64,000 nt of DNA from an uncultured Candidatus Izemoplasmatales bacterium (GCA_964501415.1 CAZCSL010000003.1:61278-125277); one strand, 5' to 3'. Positions 30,805-40,368 are shown, counted from the first letter of the stretch. A program made the numbers and translations. The notes: generated from the letters alone by a model not told the origin.

Positions 30805-31644
30805 ATGAAAGAAAAAGCCTACGGCAAGATTAATCTATTTTTGGATATTGTGGGTAAAAGGCTCGATAATTATCACAATTTAGAAATGATTATGGCTCCG
30901 ATTGATATCTATGATGAGTTGGTGTTTAAAAAATCCAAACAACCAGGCATTCGTATTTCTTCTGATAAGGAAATTACAAAAAATCCAGAAGATAATTTGG
31001 TCTATCAAGTCATCGCCTATATGATGGAGCAACACAATATCAATTCAGGTGTTGAGGTAACCATAACAAAGCACATCCCTATTGCAGCTGGGCTAGGTGG
31101 TGGTAGCGCGGATGCTGCTGCAGCCTTAAGGGCAATGAATCGCTTGTTTAAGTTGAAGTATAGTAAGGAAGCATTAAGCACCTTGGGAGAAAAATTCGGG
31201 TCCGATGTACCTTACTGTGTTCATAATAAGCTTTGTATAGCTAGAGGTAAAGGCGAAGAATTGGTCTTTTTAGATAGAAAACTCAATCTGCCAGTGTTAA
31301 TTATTTCACCTAATATTAAAGTATCAACCAAGCAGGTTTTTGAAACGGTTAAAATGGATCAAGTGCAGCACCGCAAAATTACGGCGATGAGTAATGCGAT
31401 TTATAATGCTAATTGTCCATTAGTAAAGCAAAATCTATACAACGCTTTAGAACCCTTTAGTTTTAAATTGTTTGAAACGATTAAAACGTTAAAGGATGAG
31501 TTGCTTGATTCAGGGGCTGAAGGGGTTTTAATGAGTGGAACAGGGCCTGCTTTGTTTGTGTTGGATCAAGACCAAGAAAAACTCAAACAATTACAATTGA
31601 AATATCGAGATAAGCACTATACGAAATTGACGAAAATCAAGTAA
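30805..31644 (+). CDS. ispE: 4-diphosphocytidyl-2-C-methyl-D-erythritol kinase
   Basis: KINLFLDIVGKR, PIAAGLGGGSADAAA GHMP motif. Confidence 0.9.
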   Translation: MKEKAYGKINLFLDIVGKRLDNYHNLEMIMAPIDIYDELVFKKSKQPGIRISSDKEITKNPEDNLVYQVIAYMMEQHNINSGVEVTITKHIPIAAGLGGGSADAAAALRAMNRLFKLKYSKEALSTLGEKFGSDVPYCVHNKLCIARGKGEELVFLDRKLNLPVLIISPNIKVSTKQVFETVKMDQVQHRKITAMSNAIYNANCPLVKQNLYNALEPFSFKLFETIKTLKDELLDSGAEGVLMSGTGPALFVLDQDQEKLKQLQLKYRDKHYTKLTKIK

Positions 31645-31669
31645 CAACGCGATGATTTAAATAATTTAT

Positions 31670-31698
31670 TTGAAATGGCTATAAGCATATGATATAAT
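31670..31698 (+). promoter_or_regulatory. spoVG promoter TTGAAA-17 nt-(TGa)TATAAT
   Basis: Near-consensus -35 and extended -10, about 45 nt upstream of the spoVG ATG. Confidence 0.7.
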
Positions 31699-31742
31699 TC
31701 GTATATAAAATGCTAAACGATACAGTATTGCGGGGTGGAACG

Positions 31743-32072
31743 ATGGAAATTACTGATGTTCGAGTCAAAAAACTCAATAGTGACAACCGTTTAAAAGCGA
31801 TTGCGGCCATTACTATTGACGATTGTTTTGTGGTACATGAATTACGTATAATCGATGGTAAAGATGGTTTGTTCGTGGCAATGCCTTCACGGAAGATGCC
31901 TAACGGGGAGTTTAAAGACGTAGCACATCCCATCAACCAAGAAACGAGAAATCGTATCGAATCCGTAGTGATTGAAGCCTATAACAATCTTGAAGATGAA
32001 ACCGAACAAACAGAGCCATCTTCTTCAGAAGACGATGAGGAATCATCTTCTGAAGAGGAAGATGAAGCATAG
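31743..32072 (+). CDS. spoVG: SpoVG-family nucleic-acid-binding protein with acidic Ser/Glu tail
   Basis: MEITDVRVKKL...LKAIAAITIDDCFVVHELRIIDGKDGLFVAMPSRK. Start moved to ATG 31743 (RBS GGGGTGG). Confidence 0.9.
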   Translation: MEITDVRVKKLNSDNRLKAIAAITIDDCFVVHELRIIDGKDGLFVAMPSRKMPNGEFKDVAHPINQETRNRIESVVIEAYNNLEDETEQTEPSSSEDDEESSSEEEDEA

Positions 32073-32080
32073 AAAAAATT

Positions 32081-32115
32081 AAAATGCAACTTGTTAAAGT
32101 TGCATTTTATTTTGC
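32081..32115 (+). terminator. spoVG intrinsic terminator
   Basis: AAAATGCAACT-tgtta-AAGTTGCATTTT + ATTTTGCTTTT. Confidence 0.7.
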
Positions 32116-32165
32116 TTTTATATAAGTTATAATGAAACTATAAATTATTATTTCTGGAGGGAAAC

Positions 32166-33140
32166 ATGGCGACGCTAGAAGGTCAAAAAGTAAAGTTGTT
32201 TTCTTTAAGCGCTAATCGAAAGTTAGCTCAAGAAATTGCGGATTACACCAATATTCCACTATCGCACTGTGAAGTTAAACGTTTTGCAGATGGAGAGATT
32301 GGGTTGAATATCGAAGAGACTGTTCGTGGTCATCATGTATTTATCATTCAACCAACACATCCTCCAGTAAATGAAAATTTGATGGAACTATTAATCATGA
32401 TTGATGCTGTAAAAAGAGCTAGTGCTAAAAGTGTTAATGTTGTTATGCCTTACTATGGCTATTCAAGACAAGATAGAAAAAGTGCTTCTAGACAGCCTAT
32501 TTCTGCTAAATTAATCGCTAATCTGATTGAAAAAGCAGGGGCAACAAGGGTATTATCAATGGATCTTCATGCAGGACAAATTCAAGGCTTTTTCGATATT
32601 CCAATTGATAATTTCCGGGCCATGCCGATACTTGTAGACTACTTCACTTCTTGCTTTAAAGAAGAGGAAGTTGTTATTGTCTCCCCAGATCATGGTGGGG
32701 CAGTAAGAGCAAGAAAGATGGGCGATGTTATGAATGCGCCGATTGCTATCATTGATAAAAGAAGACCTAAGGATAACGAAGTTGAAATGATGGGAATTGT
32801 CGGTGATGTTAAAGACAAAATTGCTATCATTATAGATGATTTAATCGATACGGCTGGCACAATCAGTGCAGCTTCACACGCTTTAAAGGCAGCTGGCGCT
32901 AAAGATGTTTATGCGGCGTGTACCCATCCAATATTTTCTGGACCAGCTATAGAGCGTATTGAAAAAAGCGCAATAAAAAAAGTAGTATGCACGAATACAA
33001 TAGAATTACCAGATGCAAAACAAAGCCCAAAAGTACACCAATTAAGCATCGCAAAGTTATTTGGTCAAGGCATCTTAAATATTGTAATGGACCGGCCATT
33101 AAGCGCTTTATTTGAACCAAAAGAGCCGGCTAAAAAATAA
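32166..33140 (+). CDS. prs: Ribose-phosphate pyrophosphokinase
   Basis: [39 protein letters not shown]. Confidence 0.95.
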   Translation: MATLEGQKVKLFSLSANRKLAQEIADYTNIPLSHCEVKRFADGEIGLNIEETVRGHHVFIIQPTHPPVNENLMELLIMIDAVKRASAKSVNVVMPYYGYSRQDRKSASRQPISAKLIANLIEKAGATRVLSMDLHAGQIQGFFDIPIDNFRAMPILVDYFTSCFKEEEVVIVSPDHGGAVRARKMGDVMNAPIAIIDKRRPKDNEVEMMGIVGDVKDKIAIIIDDLIDTAGTISAASHALKAAGAKDVYAACTHPIFSGPAIERIEKSAIKKVVCTNTIELPDAKQSPKVHQLSIAKLFGQGILNIVMDRPLSALFEPKEPAKK

Positions 33141-33146
33141 GAAAAG

Positions 33147-33176
33147 AACCATTCATTTTAAATGAATGGTTTTTTT
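33147..33176. terminator. Hairpin between convergent prs and hflX
   Basis: AACCATTCATTT-taa-AATGAATGGTT + TTTTTT. Confidence 0.75.
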
Positions 33177-33195
33177 ACGCTATTTATAATAGGCA

Positions 33196-34437
33196 TTAAA
33201 TTTCATAGTGTTTTAATTTATTTTTTACGGCTACATCCACTCTTGCTTTAATTTTTACGCTGTTATTTTCATAGCTTGTGTCTATGACTTCGGCAGCTTC
33301 ATTGAGAAAGTTAATGATATCGCCTTTGTTTTGTGGGATACGATAAATGACCATCGTATCGTTTTTAAATAATTGATAATTAATGCTTTCTGCCAGCTCA
33401 TCAATATGGATGTTTTCTTTTAAAGAAACTTTGACAGCAGGTTTATAAACATCGGGTAAAATAGCGTCATGTCTATCGATTTTATTAAAAATATATAAGG
33501 TTTCAATGGTATCGGCACTAAGTTCTTTTAATACTTGTTCGGTGGTATGAATTTGTTCTAGATAATGGGGGTGTGAAAAATCCACTACATGAAGTAGCAA
33601 GTCAGCTTCTTTAATTTCTTCTAAAGTTGCTTTAAAGGAATCTACCAATTCATGAGGCAGCATAGAAATGAATCCGATTGTATCAGTTAAAGTAAAAGGC
33701 TTTTTATCTTTAAGCTTAATACGCCTAGTTGAAGTTTCCAAGGTTGCAAATAATCGGTCTTGCACATATGAGTCATCTTTATCTGGACCATTAGAAAGGT
33801 TATAAAGCGTGTTCATGAGTGAACTTTTCCCCGCATTGGTATATCCGACAATCGCTACGTTTTTAATGGTTTTATTTCTTCTTAAGGAGCGATTGGCTTT
33901 GCGAACTTTTGTCATGGTTTTTAATTGGTTCTCCAATTTATGGATGTCGTGCTCAATCTTACGTCTATCTAATTCAAGTTTCTTCTCACCAGGCCCTTTT
34001 TGACCGATTCCTCCTTGCTGTTGAGCAAAAGAAGACCGCAATGCGCTCAATCTAGGTTTAAGATATTTTAGTTGAGCCACTTCTACTTGTAACATGGCTT
34101 CTTTTGTTTTGGCCCTTTTAGCAAATATCTCTAAAATTAATAGCGTTCGATCTATCACGGGCAAATCGAGAGCTTCTTCAAGGTTACGGATTTGGGAGTT
34201 TGTCAGTTCATCGTTGAAGATTACATAATTAATCTTGTTGGCCTGAGTAAAAGTGATGATTTCTTGTAGTTTGCCTTTACCTACCTTGGTCGCTGGATTG
34301 GACATATCTGATTGTTGGGTAAATGTTTGTATAATCTCTATGTTTAATGATTCCGCCAGATTTTTTAACTCTTCTAAATAGTAGTTTAATAGCCCTTTTT
34401 TGTAATAATCAACGCCAATTAATATGGCCTTTTGCAT
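33196..34437 (-). CDS. hflX: GTPase HflX
   Basis: VAIVGYTNAGKSSLMN G1, LTDTIGF G3, FNKID G4; HflX N-terminal domain. Confidence 0.9.
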   Translation of the reverse strand: MQKAILIGVDYYKKGLLNYYLEELKNLAESLNIEIIQTFTQQSDMSNPATKVGKGKLQEIITFTQANKINYVIFNDELTNSQIRNLEEALDLPVIDRTLLILEIFAKRAKTKEAMLQVEVAQLKYLKPRLSALRSSFAQQQGGIGQKGPGEKKLELDRRKIEHDIHKLENQLKTMTKVRKANRSLRRNKTIKNVAIVGYTNAGKSSLMNTLYNLSNGPDKDDSYVQDRLFATLETSTRRIKLKDKKPFTLTDTIGFISMLPHELVDSFKATLEEIKEADLLLHVVDFSHPHYLEQIHTTEQVLKELSADTIETLYIFNKIDRHDAILPDVYKPAVKVSLKENIHIDELAESINYQLFKNDTMVIYRIPQNKGDIINFLNEAAEVIDTSYENNSVKIKARVDVAVKNKLKHYEI

Positions 34438-34486
34438 ATCATCACCTCATGAATATTTTAACATGATTTCATAATAAGGTTAAATA

Positions 34487-34513
34487 AAAAGGTGGTTTCA
34501 AAACCACCTTTTT
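34487..34513 (-). terminator. nrdJ terminator
   Basis: AAAAAGGTGGTTT-caa-AACCACCTTTTT palindrome just after the nrdJ stop. Confidence 0.75.
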
Positions 34514-34516
34514 GTA

Positions 34517-37045
34517 TTATAAACCACATTTTAATTGAGCGTTACAGTTTGTACAGGTGTGACATCCTCCGAGGTTTTCTACGGTTCCTTCTAAACAAAT
34601 AGGACATATATCTCCAGCTTCCACACCGATATTCCTGTCTTGTCTGTCACTTCTTAAGCCTTTGGTTTTAGGCTCTTTTTTAGACTCGGTTTTTTCTTCT
34701 TGAACATCTAAACCAAAGTCTTTAATATCAGTTTGTTTCGGTTTACTTGCAGAATCTTCTTTTGTTAGTGATAATACTTGGGCATCTCTAGAGCCGTCCA
34801 CATAAACCGTACCACCTTTAGCGCCTCCATAATACAAGCGTTTGTAGACTTGTTCTACTTCTTCAACGGTATAACCTTTTGGCGCATTAACGGTTTTAGA
34901 GATAGAAGAATCAACCCAATTTTGAATGGTACACTGTACATCAACATGCTCCTCTGGTGTCAATTCTTGTGCACTGATAAATGTTTTTGGTAAACTATCT
35001 TTATCATAGCCTGGATAGGCCTTTAGGTAAGCATCTACGATCGGTGCATTCACTTCGATGAATTGACCTAAACGTCCACTTCTAAAGTAACTGAAGGCAA
35101 AATAGGGCTCTAAACCGGTAGAGACACCTACCATGGTACCTGTTGAACCGGTTGGAGCGATAGTCAATAGATGGGAATTTCTGATACCGTGGTCTTTGAG
35201 GCCTTTTTGGATATGCTTAGGGAGTTTTTGCATAAACCCACTTTTCAACATCTTATCACGATTATTATCATCTTTTAAGAAGGGGTATGGCCCTTTTTCT
35301 TTGGCTAAATCAATGCTGGTTTCATAGGCTTTTGTGGCGATGAACTTAAACAGTTTGTCAATAAATGGCATGTCTTCTTTTGAACCATAACGTCGGTTAC
35401 ACCAAATCAACAAGTCATGAAGTCCCATAACGCCTAAACCGATACGTCTTTCCCCTAATGCTTGTGTTTCATTATCAGATAAGAAATAGTGGGTTTTATC
35501 AATGACGTTATCTTGCAAGCGCACTGCAGTTCTAATCGTATTTTCGAGTTTATGCCAATCGACGTCTTTTGTTTTATGATCAACCATATTCGCCAGATTT
35601 AAGGCAGCTAGATTACATACTGAATAAGGGGCGAGGGGTTGTTCTCCACAAGGATTAGTACAAACGACTTTTTGATCATATCCAACGGCGTTGGTCATCT
35701 CATTAGCGTTATCAATGAAAAAGATGCCTGGTTCCGCAGAATAAGTAGCACAAATATTGATGAGATTCCAAAGCTCTCTGGCTTTAATCGTTGTGTATGC
35801 TTTGGTAGCCATACCCATCTCTTCCCAAGTTCTCACATCTCCGACATTTTGCCATTCCTTATCGTAAATAGCCTTTTCTTCATCATTATAACGATCGATA
35901 TCAGGGAATTTTAGTGTCCACATTTCATCGTTTTCTACGGCTTGCATAAACTCTTTGGTAATGGCTACAGAAATATTGGCTCCACTTAAGAATTCAGGGT
36001 CGTTAACTTCATAATTTCCGCCTTTATTTAAGCGTTCAAAAGCCGTGTCCACAATCTTTTTGCTGAAGGCATGATTATCTTTCTTGCTTTCTTCTAAGAT
36101 ATATTCATTAATTTGAATTTCTTCATCACTTAAAGGGATGAATTTCAGTTTATTTTTAGCGGCTTTTCGAATTAAAGGGTCATCAAGGGTATCGAGGAGG
36201 AATTGTAAAATTTTAGGGTTTTGCATTTTAGATACGATGAAATCGACAATATCCGGATGCCAATCCGCAAGCATAATCATTTGCGCCCCTCGTCTGGAGC
36301 CTCCTTGCTCGACAAGATGTGTCAATTGAGAAATATCATTCAACCAAGACACTGAACCGCTAGATTTTCCGTTAACGCCTTTTGCCAAAGCGTTTTTAGG
36401 ACGCAAGGTAGAACCGTTAGTGCCCACGCCGCCACCTCTGGACATGATTTCCATAACTTTTTTTCTGTGATCGCTAATTCCACCTCTAGAATCCTCGACA
36501 AAAGGCATGACAAAGCAATTGAAAAAGGTTACTTCAGTTTTAGAGCCCGCACCGAACAAGACACGTCCTGCTGGTACCAAATCCAAGTTGGCTACCGTTT
36601 CATAAAAGGTCTGTTTAATCTCTTCGCTTTCATCTTCACCCAAATGATTAGCGAGGCGGTTAGCGATTTGTTCAAAATATAATTCTAAAGGTTTGTCAAC
36701 TTGGCGTTTATTTCTTTTGATATACCCGTTTTCATCTGCATCTTCGGTACTCGCTAGATAATCCTTAGCGACTTTAATAGTCAATACATCCTCATCAATG
36801 CTTTCGACATAGCCAACCCCGCGAGCCGGAAATTTAGGGTCATCCCTAACAATCGTGATAATCAAATCACCTTCACGCAACGTTTTAAGTTTTAAATCTT
36901 TTTGTGTGTAACGGTCTAACATGACCAATCTAGAAACACCTTCAAATGTTTTTTCCATCTTAGGTGTGATAGTATATAAATGTGGAAAGTGTTTTTCGAT
37001 ATCTTGGTTGAGGTTTTCGATTAAAGCTTGTGGATATTTTGACAT
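34517..37045 (-). CDS. nrdJ: Adenosylcobalamin-dependent (class II) ribonucleotide reductase with C-terminal Cys-rich zinc-ribbon tail
   Basis: CTNPCGEQPL active-site loop, about 840 aa single chain, C-terminal CPICLEG...CHTCTNC...C. Start moved to MSKYPQ (ATG 37045, RBS GGAGGG). Confidence 0.92.
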   Translation of the reverse strand: MSKYPQALIENLNQDIEKHFPHLYTITPKMEKTFEGVSRLVMLDRYTQKDLKLKTLREGDLIITIVRDDPKFPARGVGYVESIDEDVLTIKVAKDYLASTEDADENGYIKRNKRQVDKPLELYFEQIANRLANHLGEDESEEIKQTFYETVANLDLVPAGRVLFGAGSKTEVTFFNCFVMPFVEDSRGGISDHRKKVMEIMSRGGGVGTNGSTLRPKNALAKGVNGKSSGSVSWLNDISQLTHLVEQGGSRRGAQMIMLADWHPDIVDFIVSKMQNPKILQFLLDTLDDPLIRKAAKNKLKFIPLSDEEIQINEYILEESKKDNHAFSKKIVDTAFERLNKGGNYEVNDPEFLSGANISVAITKEFMQAVENDEMWTLKFPDIDRYNDEEKAIYDKEWQNVGDVRTWEEMGMATKAYTTIKARELWNLINICATYSAEPGIFFIDNANEMTNAVGYDQKVVCTNPCGEQPLAPYSVCNLAALNLANMVDHKTKDVDWHKLENTIRTAVRLQDNVIDKTHYFLSDNETQALGERRIGLGVMGLHDLLIWCNRRYGSKEDMPFIDKLFKFIATKAYETSIDLAKEKGPYPFLKDDNNRDKMLKSGFMQKLPKHIQKGLKDHGIRNSHLLTIAPTGSTGTMVGVSTGLEPYFAFSYFRSGRLGQFIEVNAPIVDAYLKAYPGYDKDSLPKTFISAQELTPEEHVDVQCTIQNWVDSSISKTVNAPKGYTVEEVEQVYKRLYYGGAKGGTVYVDGSRDAQVLSLTKEDSASKPKQTDIKDFGLDVQEEKTESKKEPKTKGLRSDRQDRNIGVEAGDICPICLEGTVENLGGCHTCTNCNAQLKCGL

Positions 37046-37273
37046 AAAATTTCCCTCCATTTTATGTAATGGTAAATAATATTATACACTTTAAGTTTTG
37101 CAATAATAAGGGTTGACATTTTTGATTTCGTGTGAAATTAGACGATAAGAGGCTTTACTCAAATAAAAAAATAATTTAATAATTTTGAAATATCATAGAT
37201 GTGAATATTGTATGGTATAATTTATCTTGTTACAATGATTGTGCATGGATTTCTAAATAAAGGCGGTGGATTT

Positions 37274-38008
37274 ATGACTAATCTTGATTTTATATTACTA
37301 CAAATATATCTGCTGACACTCTTGTCGATAGTAATAAAACATAAAATACATCCGCTTTTTTTTAGAACGATAAAAGCGTTTGTTTTAGTTTTGATTGTTT
37401 TCGCGCTTTTAAATGATTTTTCACAACTATCTTCACGCTCATGGAGAGATCTTTTAAATCTGGTTTCTTTATTGTTAATTGTAATCATATTGGTGCAAGC
37501 GGATTTAAAAGCGTTGTTAGTTATGGTGGGGATGAAAAGTGGAATTTTAATATCCAACGCCATTGAAGATGAGGTTAAGGAAACCATAGGTGATAGTATT
37601 GATGTTTTATCAAAAAAGAAAATAGGGGCTATTATAACTTTTGAGCGTTCAGATACGCTACAAGATTATATCGATAGCGCTTTTCAGATTGAAGCCAAAG
37701 TGAGCGCGGAACTACTTGGTAGCATTTTTATGCCTAATACGCCCTTGCATGATGGCGCTGTTATTATTAGTGAAAACACCATTAGATGTGCTGGCGCTTA
37801 TTTTCCTCCTTCTGAGAGCCCTAAAATTCCTAAATATTTAGGTTCAAGACACCGCGCTGCAATAGGCATTAGCGAAAAAACCGATGCGTTTACTATTATC
37901 GTAAGCGAAGAAACAGGGGCTATCAGCGTGGCCATAGATGGTTATTTAGATCAAGATATATCAAATGAATCTTTACTTTTATATTTGGAAAAGTACCTTC
38001 AAAACTAA
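37274..38008 (+). CDS. cdaA: Diadenylate cyclase CdaA (membrane-anchored DAC domain)
   Basis: Three N-terminal hydrophobic helices. DAC motifs GAIITFER, PLHDGAVII, GSRHRAAIGISE, IVSEETGAIS. Start moved to MTNLDF (37274); TGGTATAAT -10 near 37213. Confidence 0.9.
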   Translation: MTNLDFILLQIYLLTLLSIVIKHKIHPLFFRTIKAFVLVLIVFALLNDFSQLSSRSWRDLLNLVSLLLIVIILVQADLKALLVMVGMKSGILISNAIEDEVKETIGDSIDVLSKKKIGAIITFERSDTLQDYIDSAFQIEAKVSAELLGSIFMPNTPLHDGAVIISENTIRCAGAYFPPSESPKIPKYLGSRHRAAIGISEKTDAFTIIVSEETGAISVAIDGYLDQDISNESLLLYLEKYLQN

Positions 38009-38023
38009 GGAGGCAAAACGCTT

Positions 38024-39175
38024 ATGCCGCCAAGCATGATTCAACCTATTGTAATATTAGCGCTGTGGCTAATTTTAGTAGGTCTTAAAAAGGGACGAAC
38101 AAAAAAAGGCGATTTAGATATCGTTTTGTTTGTTACTGTCTTAGCGGCGTTTATCTTATTTGACGTACTAGCACTAGCTGATTTACCTGTTTTAATTGTT
38201 GAAGTGGCGATTATGGTTGGTGTTTTCTATACGGCTTTAACCATGGATTTAAAAGCTTTAATAAAAAAGGATTATTCCAAAAGCAAACTTAAACAGTTAA
38301 AACAAGACTTTGAAGAATTGCAAGATCGCTCAGAATTATTGCGACAACGCTTTATTACGATATTAGATTTATATGAAGACGGTATTGCTTTTCGTACCGA
38401 TGATGACATGATTTTTGGAACGGAAGTTTTCATAAAACTAATGGGTTTTAAAGAACATGAGTTTTCTTTCCAAGCCTTTTTAAAAAAGATGCATCCAGAT
38501 GATCAAGCCTCATACCTAGAAATGATAGAAAAAGCGTCCAAAAAACGTCCTAAATACACGGTTCATTATCGTATCAAAAAAGGGGATGAATACGTATGGA
38601 TTAAAGAAGTGGGTACATTACTTCTTTATCAAAAACGCGTGATGTTCATCTCTTTGGCAAAAGGGTTGGATGTGAAGAAATACCCTACTAGCAACGTAGC
38701 AGTCCTAAATGGACTGGCTATTGATAAAGCCTATTATGAGGCTATTCAAGCCCTAAACAAAAAACGTGATGCTTATACAATTGTGACATTTGAGATAACC
38801 AATATTCCTAGAATCAATGAGAAATACGGCCGAGATGTTGGGGACTTAATGATGGGTGAGTTTTTAAGCAAGTTGGCCTATCATTTTCTAAAAGATATTA
38901 ATGCCGTGTTCAGATTATCAGGTATTCGTTTTGCAATGTTAATTACAGACAAGCGTAAAGTCGAAATTTTAAAACGTGCTTTAAAAGAAGGCGGCGATTT
39001 AATCAATTATCATATGGAATTTGGCCAAGCTAAGGAGAGTGTTTACCCTTCTTTTGGCATTCATCACGTCGATGTTTATGATGAACCCGTTGATGCAATT
39101 GCTGAGCGTGCATTAAAAGCACTTGATATTGCGCTTGATGAAAACACACCCGAAAACTACTTTATCATTAGGTGA
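38024..39175 (+). CDS. Membrane-anchored PAS-like + degenerate GGDEF-fold protein (GGDEF replaced by SGIRF)
   Basis: N-terminal TM helices. PAS-like block (aa about 105-205, ...KKMHPDDQASY...YRIKKGDEYVWIKE). GGDEF-like block LNGLAIDKAYY...FEITNIPRINEKYGRDVGD...FRLSGIRFAMLI...SFGIHHV...ERALKALDIA. RBS AAGGAGG 15 nt after the cdaA stop. Confidence 0.7.
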   Translation: MPPSMIQPIVILALWLILVGLKKGRTKKGDLDIVLFVTVLAAFILFDVLALADLPVLIVEVAIMVGVFYTALTMDLKALIKKDYSKSKLKQLKQDFEELQDRSELLRQRFITILDLYEDGIAFRTDDDMIFGTEVFIKLMGFKEHEFSFQAFLKKMHPDDQASYLEMIEKASKKRPKYTVHYRIKKGDEYVWIKEVGTLLLYQKRVMFISLAKGLDVKKYPTSNVAVLNGLAIDKAYYEAIQALNKKRDAYTIVTFEITNIPRINEKYGRDVGDLMMGEFLSKLAYHFLKDINAVFRLSGIRFAMLITDKRKVEILKRALKEGGDLINYHMEFGQAKESVYPSFGIHHVDVYDEPVDAIAERALKALDIALDENTPENYFIIR

Positions 39176-39179
39176 TAAC

Positions 39180-39722
39180 ATGGATAAACAAACTTTAAGA
39201 AAAATGTTTCTAAAAGAACGACAAAAACTATCTCTTCCTCAGCATAGAATGCTTAACCATCTATTGATGGAAGGTTTAATAGAATTATTAAAAACACGCC
39301 CTATTAAGAATATCGGTATTTTTTACCCCATCAAAAATGAAGTCGATGTCCGTGCTTTAGGCTCTGATTATAAACTTCATTATCCTAAAGTTGAAAAAGA
39401 CACATTGGTCTTCTATGAAGATAATGGTCAGTTTAAAAAAGCCGGATTAGGTGTGATGGAACCCAAAGATTCCCGACCAGTCGAAAAAGCATCATTAGAT
39501 GCCGTGATAGTCCCTGGGTTGGTATTTGATGATGCCTTATATCGTCTTGGATATGGAAAAGGCTATTACGATTCTTTCTTAAAGGATTACAAAGGTCTAA
39601 AAATAGGGGTTTGTTTCGAAAAATTTAGAACTGAGGCCCTGCCCAATAAACCCCATGACATACCAATGGATTACTTAATTACAGATAATCAAGTATATGT
39701 GAGTCGCCATGATGATGTATGA
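39180..39722 (+). CDS. 5-formyltetrahydrofolate cyclo-ligase
   Basis: VIVPGLVFD and LGYGKGYYD motifs. Start moved to MDKQTL (ATG 39180, RBS AGGTGA). Confidence 0.85.
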   Translation: MDKQTLRKMFLKERQKLSLPQHRMLNHLLMEGLIELLKTRPIKNIGIFYPIKNEVDVRALGSDYKLHYPKVEKDTLVFYEDNGQFKKAGLGVMEPKDSRPVEKASLDAVIVPGLVFDDALYRLGYGKGYYDSFLKDYKGLKIGVCFEKFRTEALPNKPHDIPMDYLITDNQVYVSRHDDV

Positions 39723-40368
39723 TGTCATTATACTCGCTGGGGGCGAGGGAAAAAGAACGAAGCTTGCCTATAATAAAGTATTTTATGAAGTAAACGGAAA
39801 ACCGCTATTAAGGTATATTTTTAGTGTTTTTTTGAAAGACAAGCGTGTAAATCGTATCATTTTAGTAGCAAACCGAAAAGATATAGATTATCTTAGTGAT
39901 TTGAAACAAAAAGGTATCATCGTAACAACGGGGGGTCAAACCCGTCATGAAAGCGTTGAAAACGGATTGCAGTTTGTAAATAGCGCTTATGTCTTAATCC
40001 ACGATGGTGCCAGACCAAACGTATCAATTAAGTTAGTGGACCGAATTCTCAACGCTTTAAAAAACCATGAAGCAGTCGTGCCTTTAATCCCAATATATGA
40101 TACGATTAAAAAGGTTGAGCATCAGAAAATTACTGGTAATATCGATCGTCAAAACCTATATCGGGTTCAAACACCCCAAGGGTTTTTGAGTCAAACCATT
40201 AAACGGTTGTATCAAAAAAAGGATAAGCAGACAAGCTTTACGTGTGACATATCGCTATACGAAGCGATGAGCAAACGAAACGCAGGCATTGTTATAGGCG
40301 ATGTACTTAATTTTAAAGTTACTGATGAAGAGGACTTATTAGTCATGGAGAGGATTTTAAATGATTAG
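39709..40368 (+). CDS. ispD: 2-C-methyl-D-erythritol 4-phosphate cytidylyltransferase
   Basis: VIILAGGEGKRT, IHDGARP, RVQTPQGF. Confidence 0.9.
   Translation: MMMYDVIILAGGEGKRTKLAYNKVFYEVNGKPLLRYIFSVFLKDKRVNRIILVANRKDIDYLSDLKQKGIIVTTGGQTRHESVENGLQFVNSAYVLIHDGARPNVSIKLVDRILNALKNHEAVVPLIPIYDTIKKVEHQKITGNIDRQNLYRVQTPQGFLSQTIKRLYQKKDKQTSFTCDISLYEAMSKRNAGIVIGDVLNFKVTDEEDLLVMERILND

Noticed and set aside
37046-37273. NrdR box or cobalamin riboswitch upstream of nrdJ, and a c-di-AMP riboswitch upstream of cdaA
   Set aside because: Only loose fragments (e.g. ACAATATTCACAT) and no 16-bp NrdR-type palindrome. The region is too short and unstructured for a B12 or ydaO aptamer. This needs a PWM/CM scan to be definitive.
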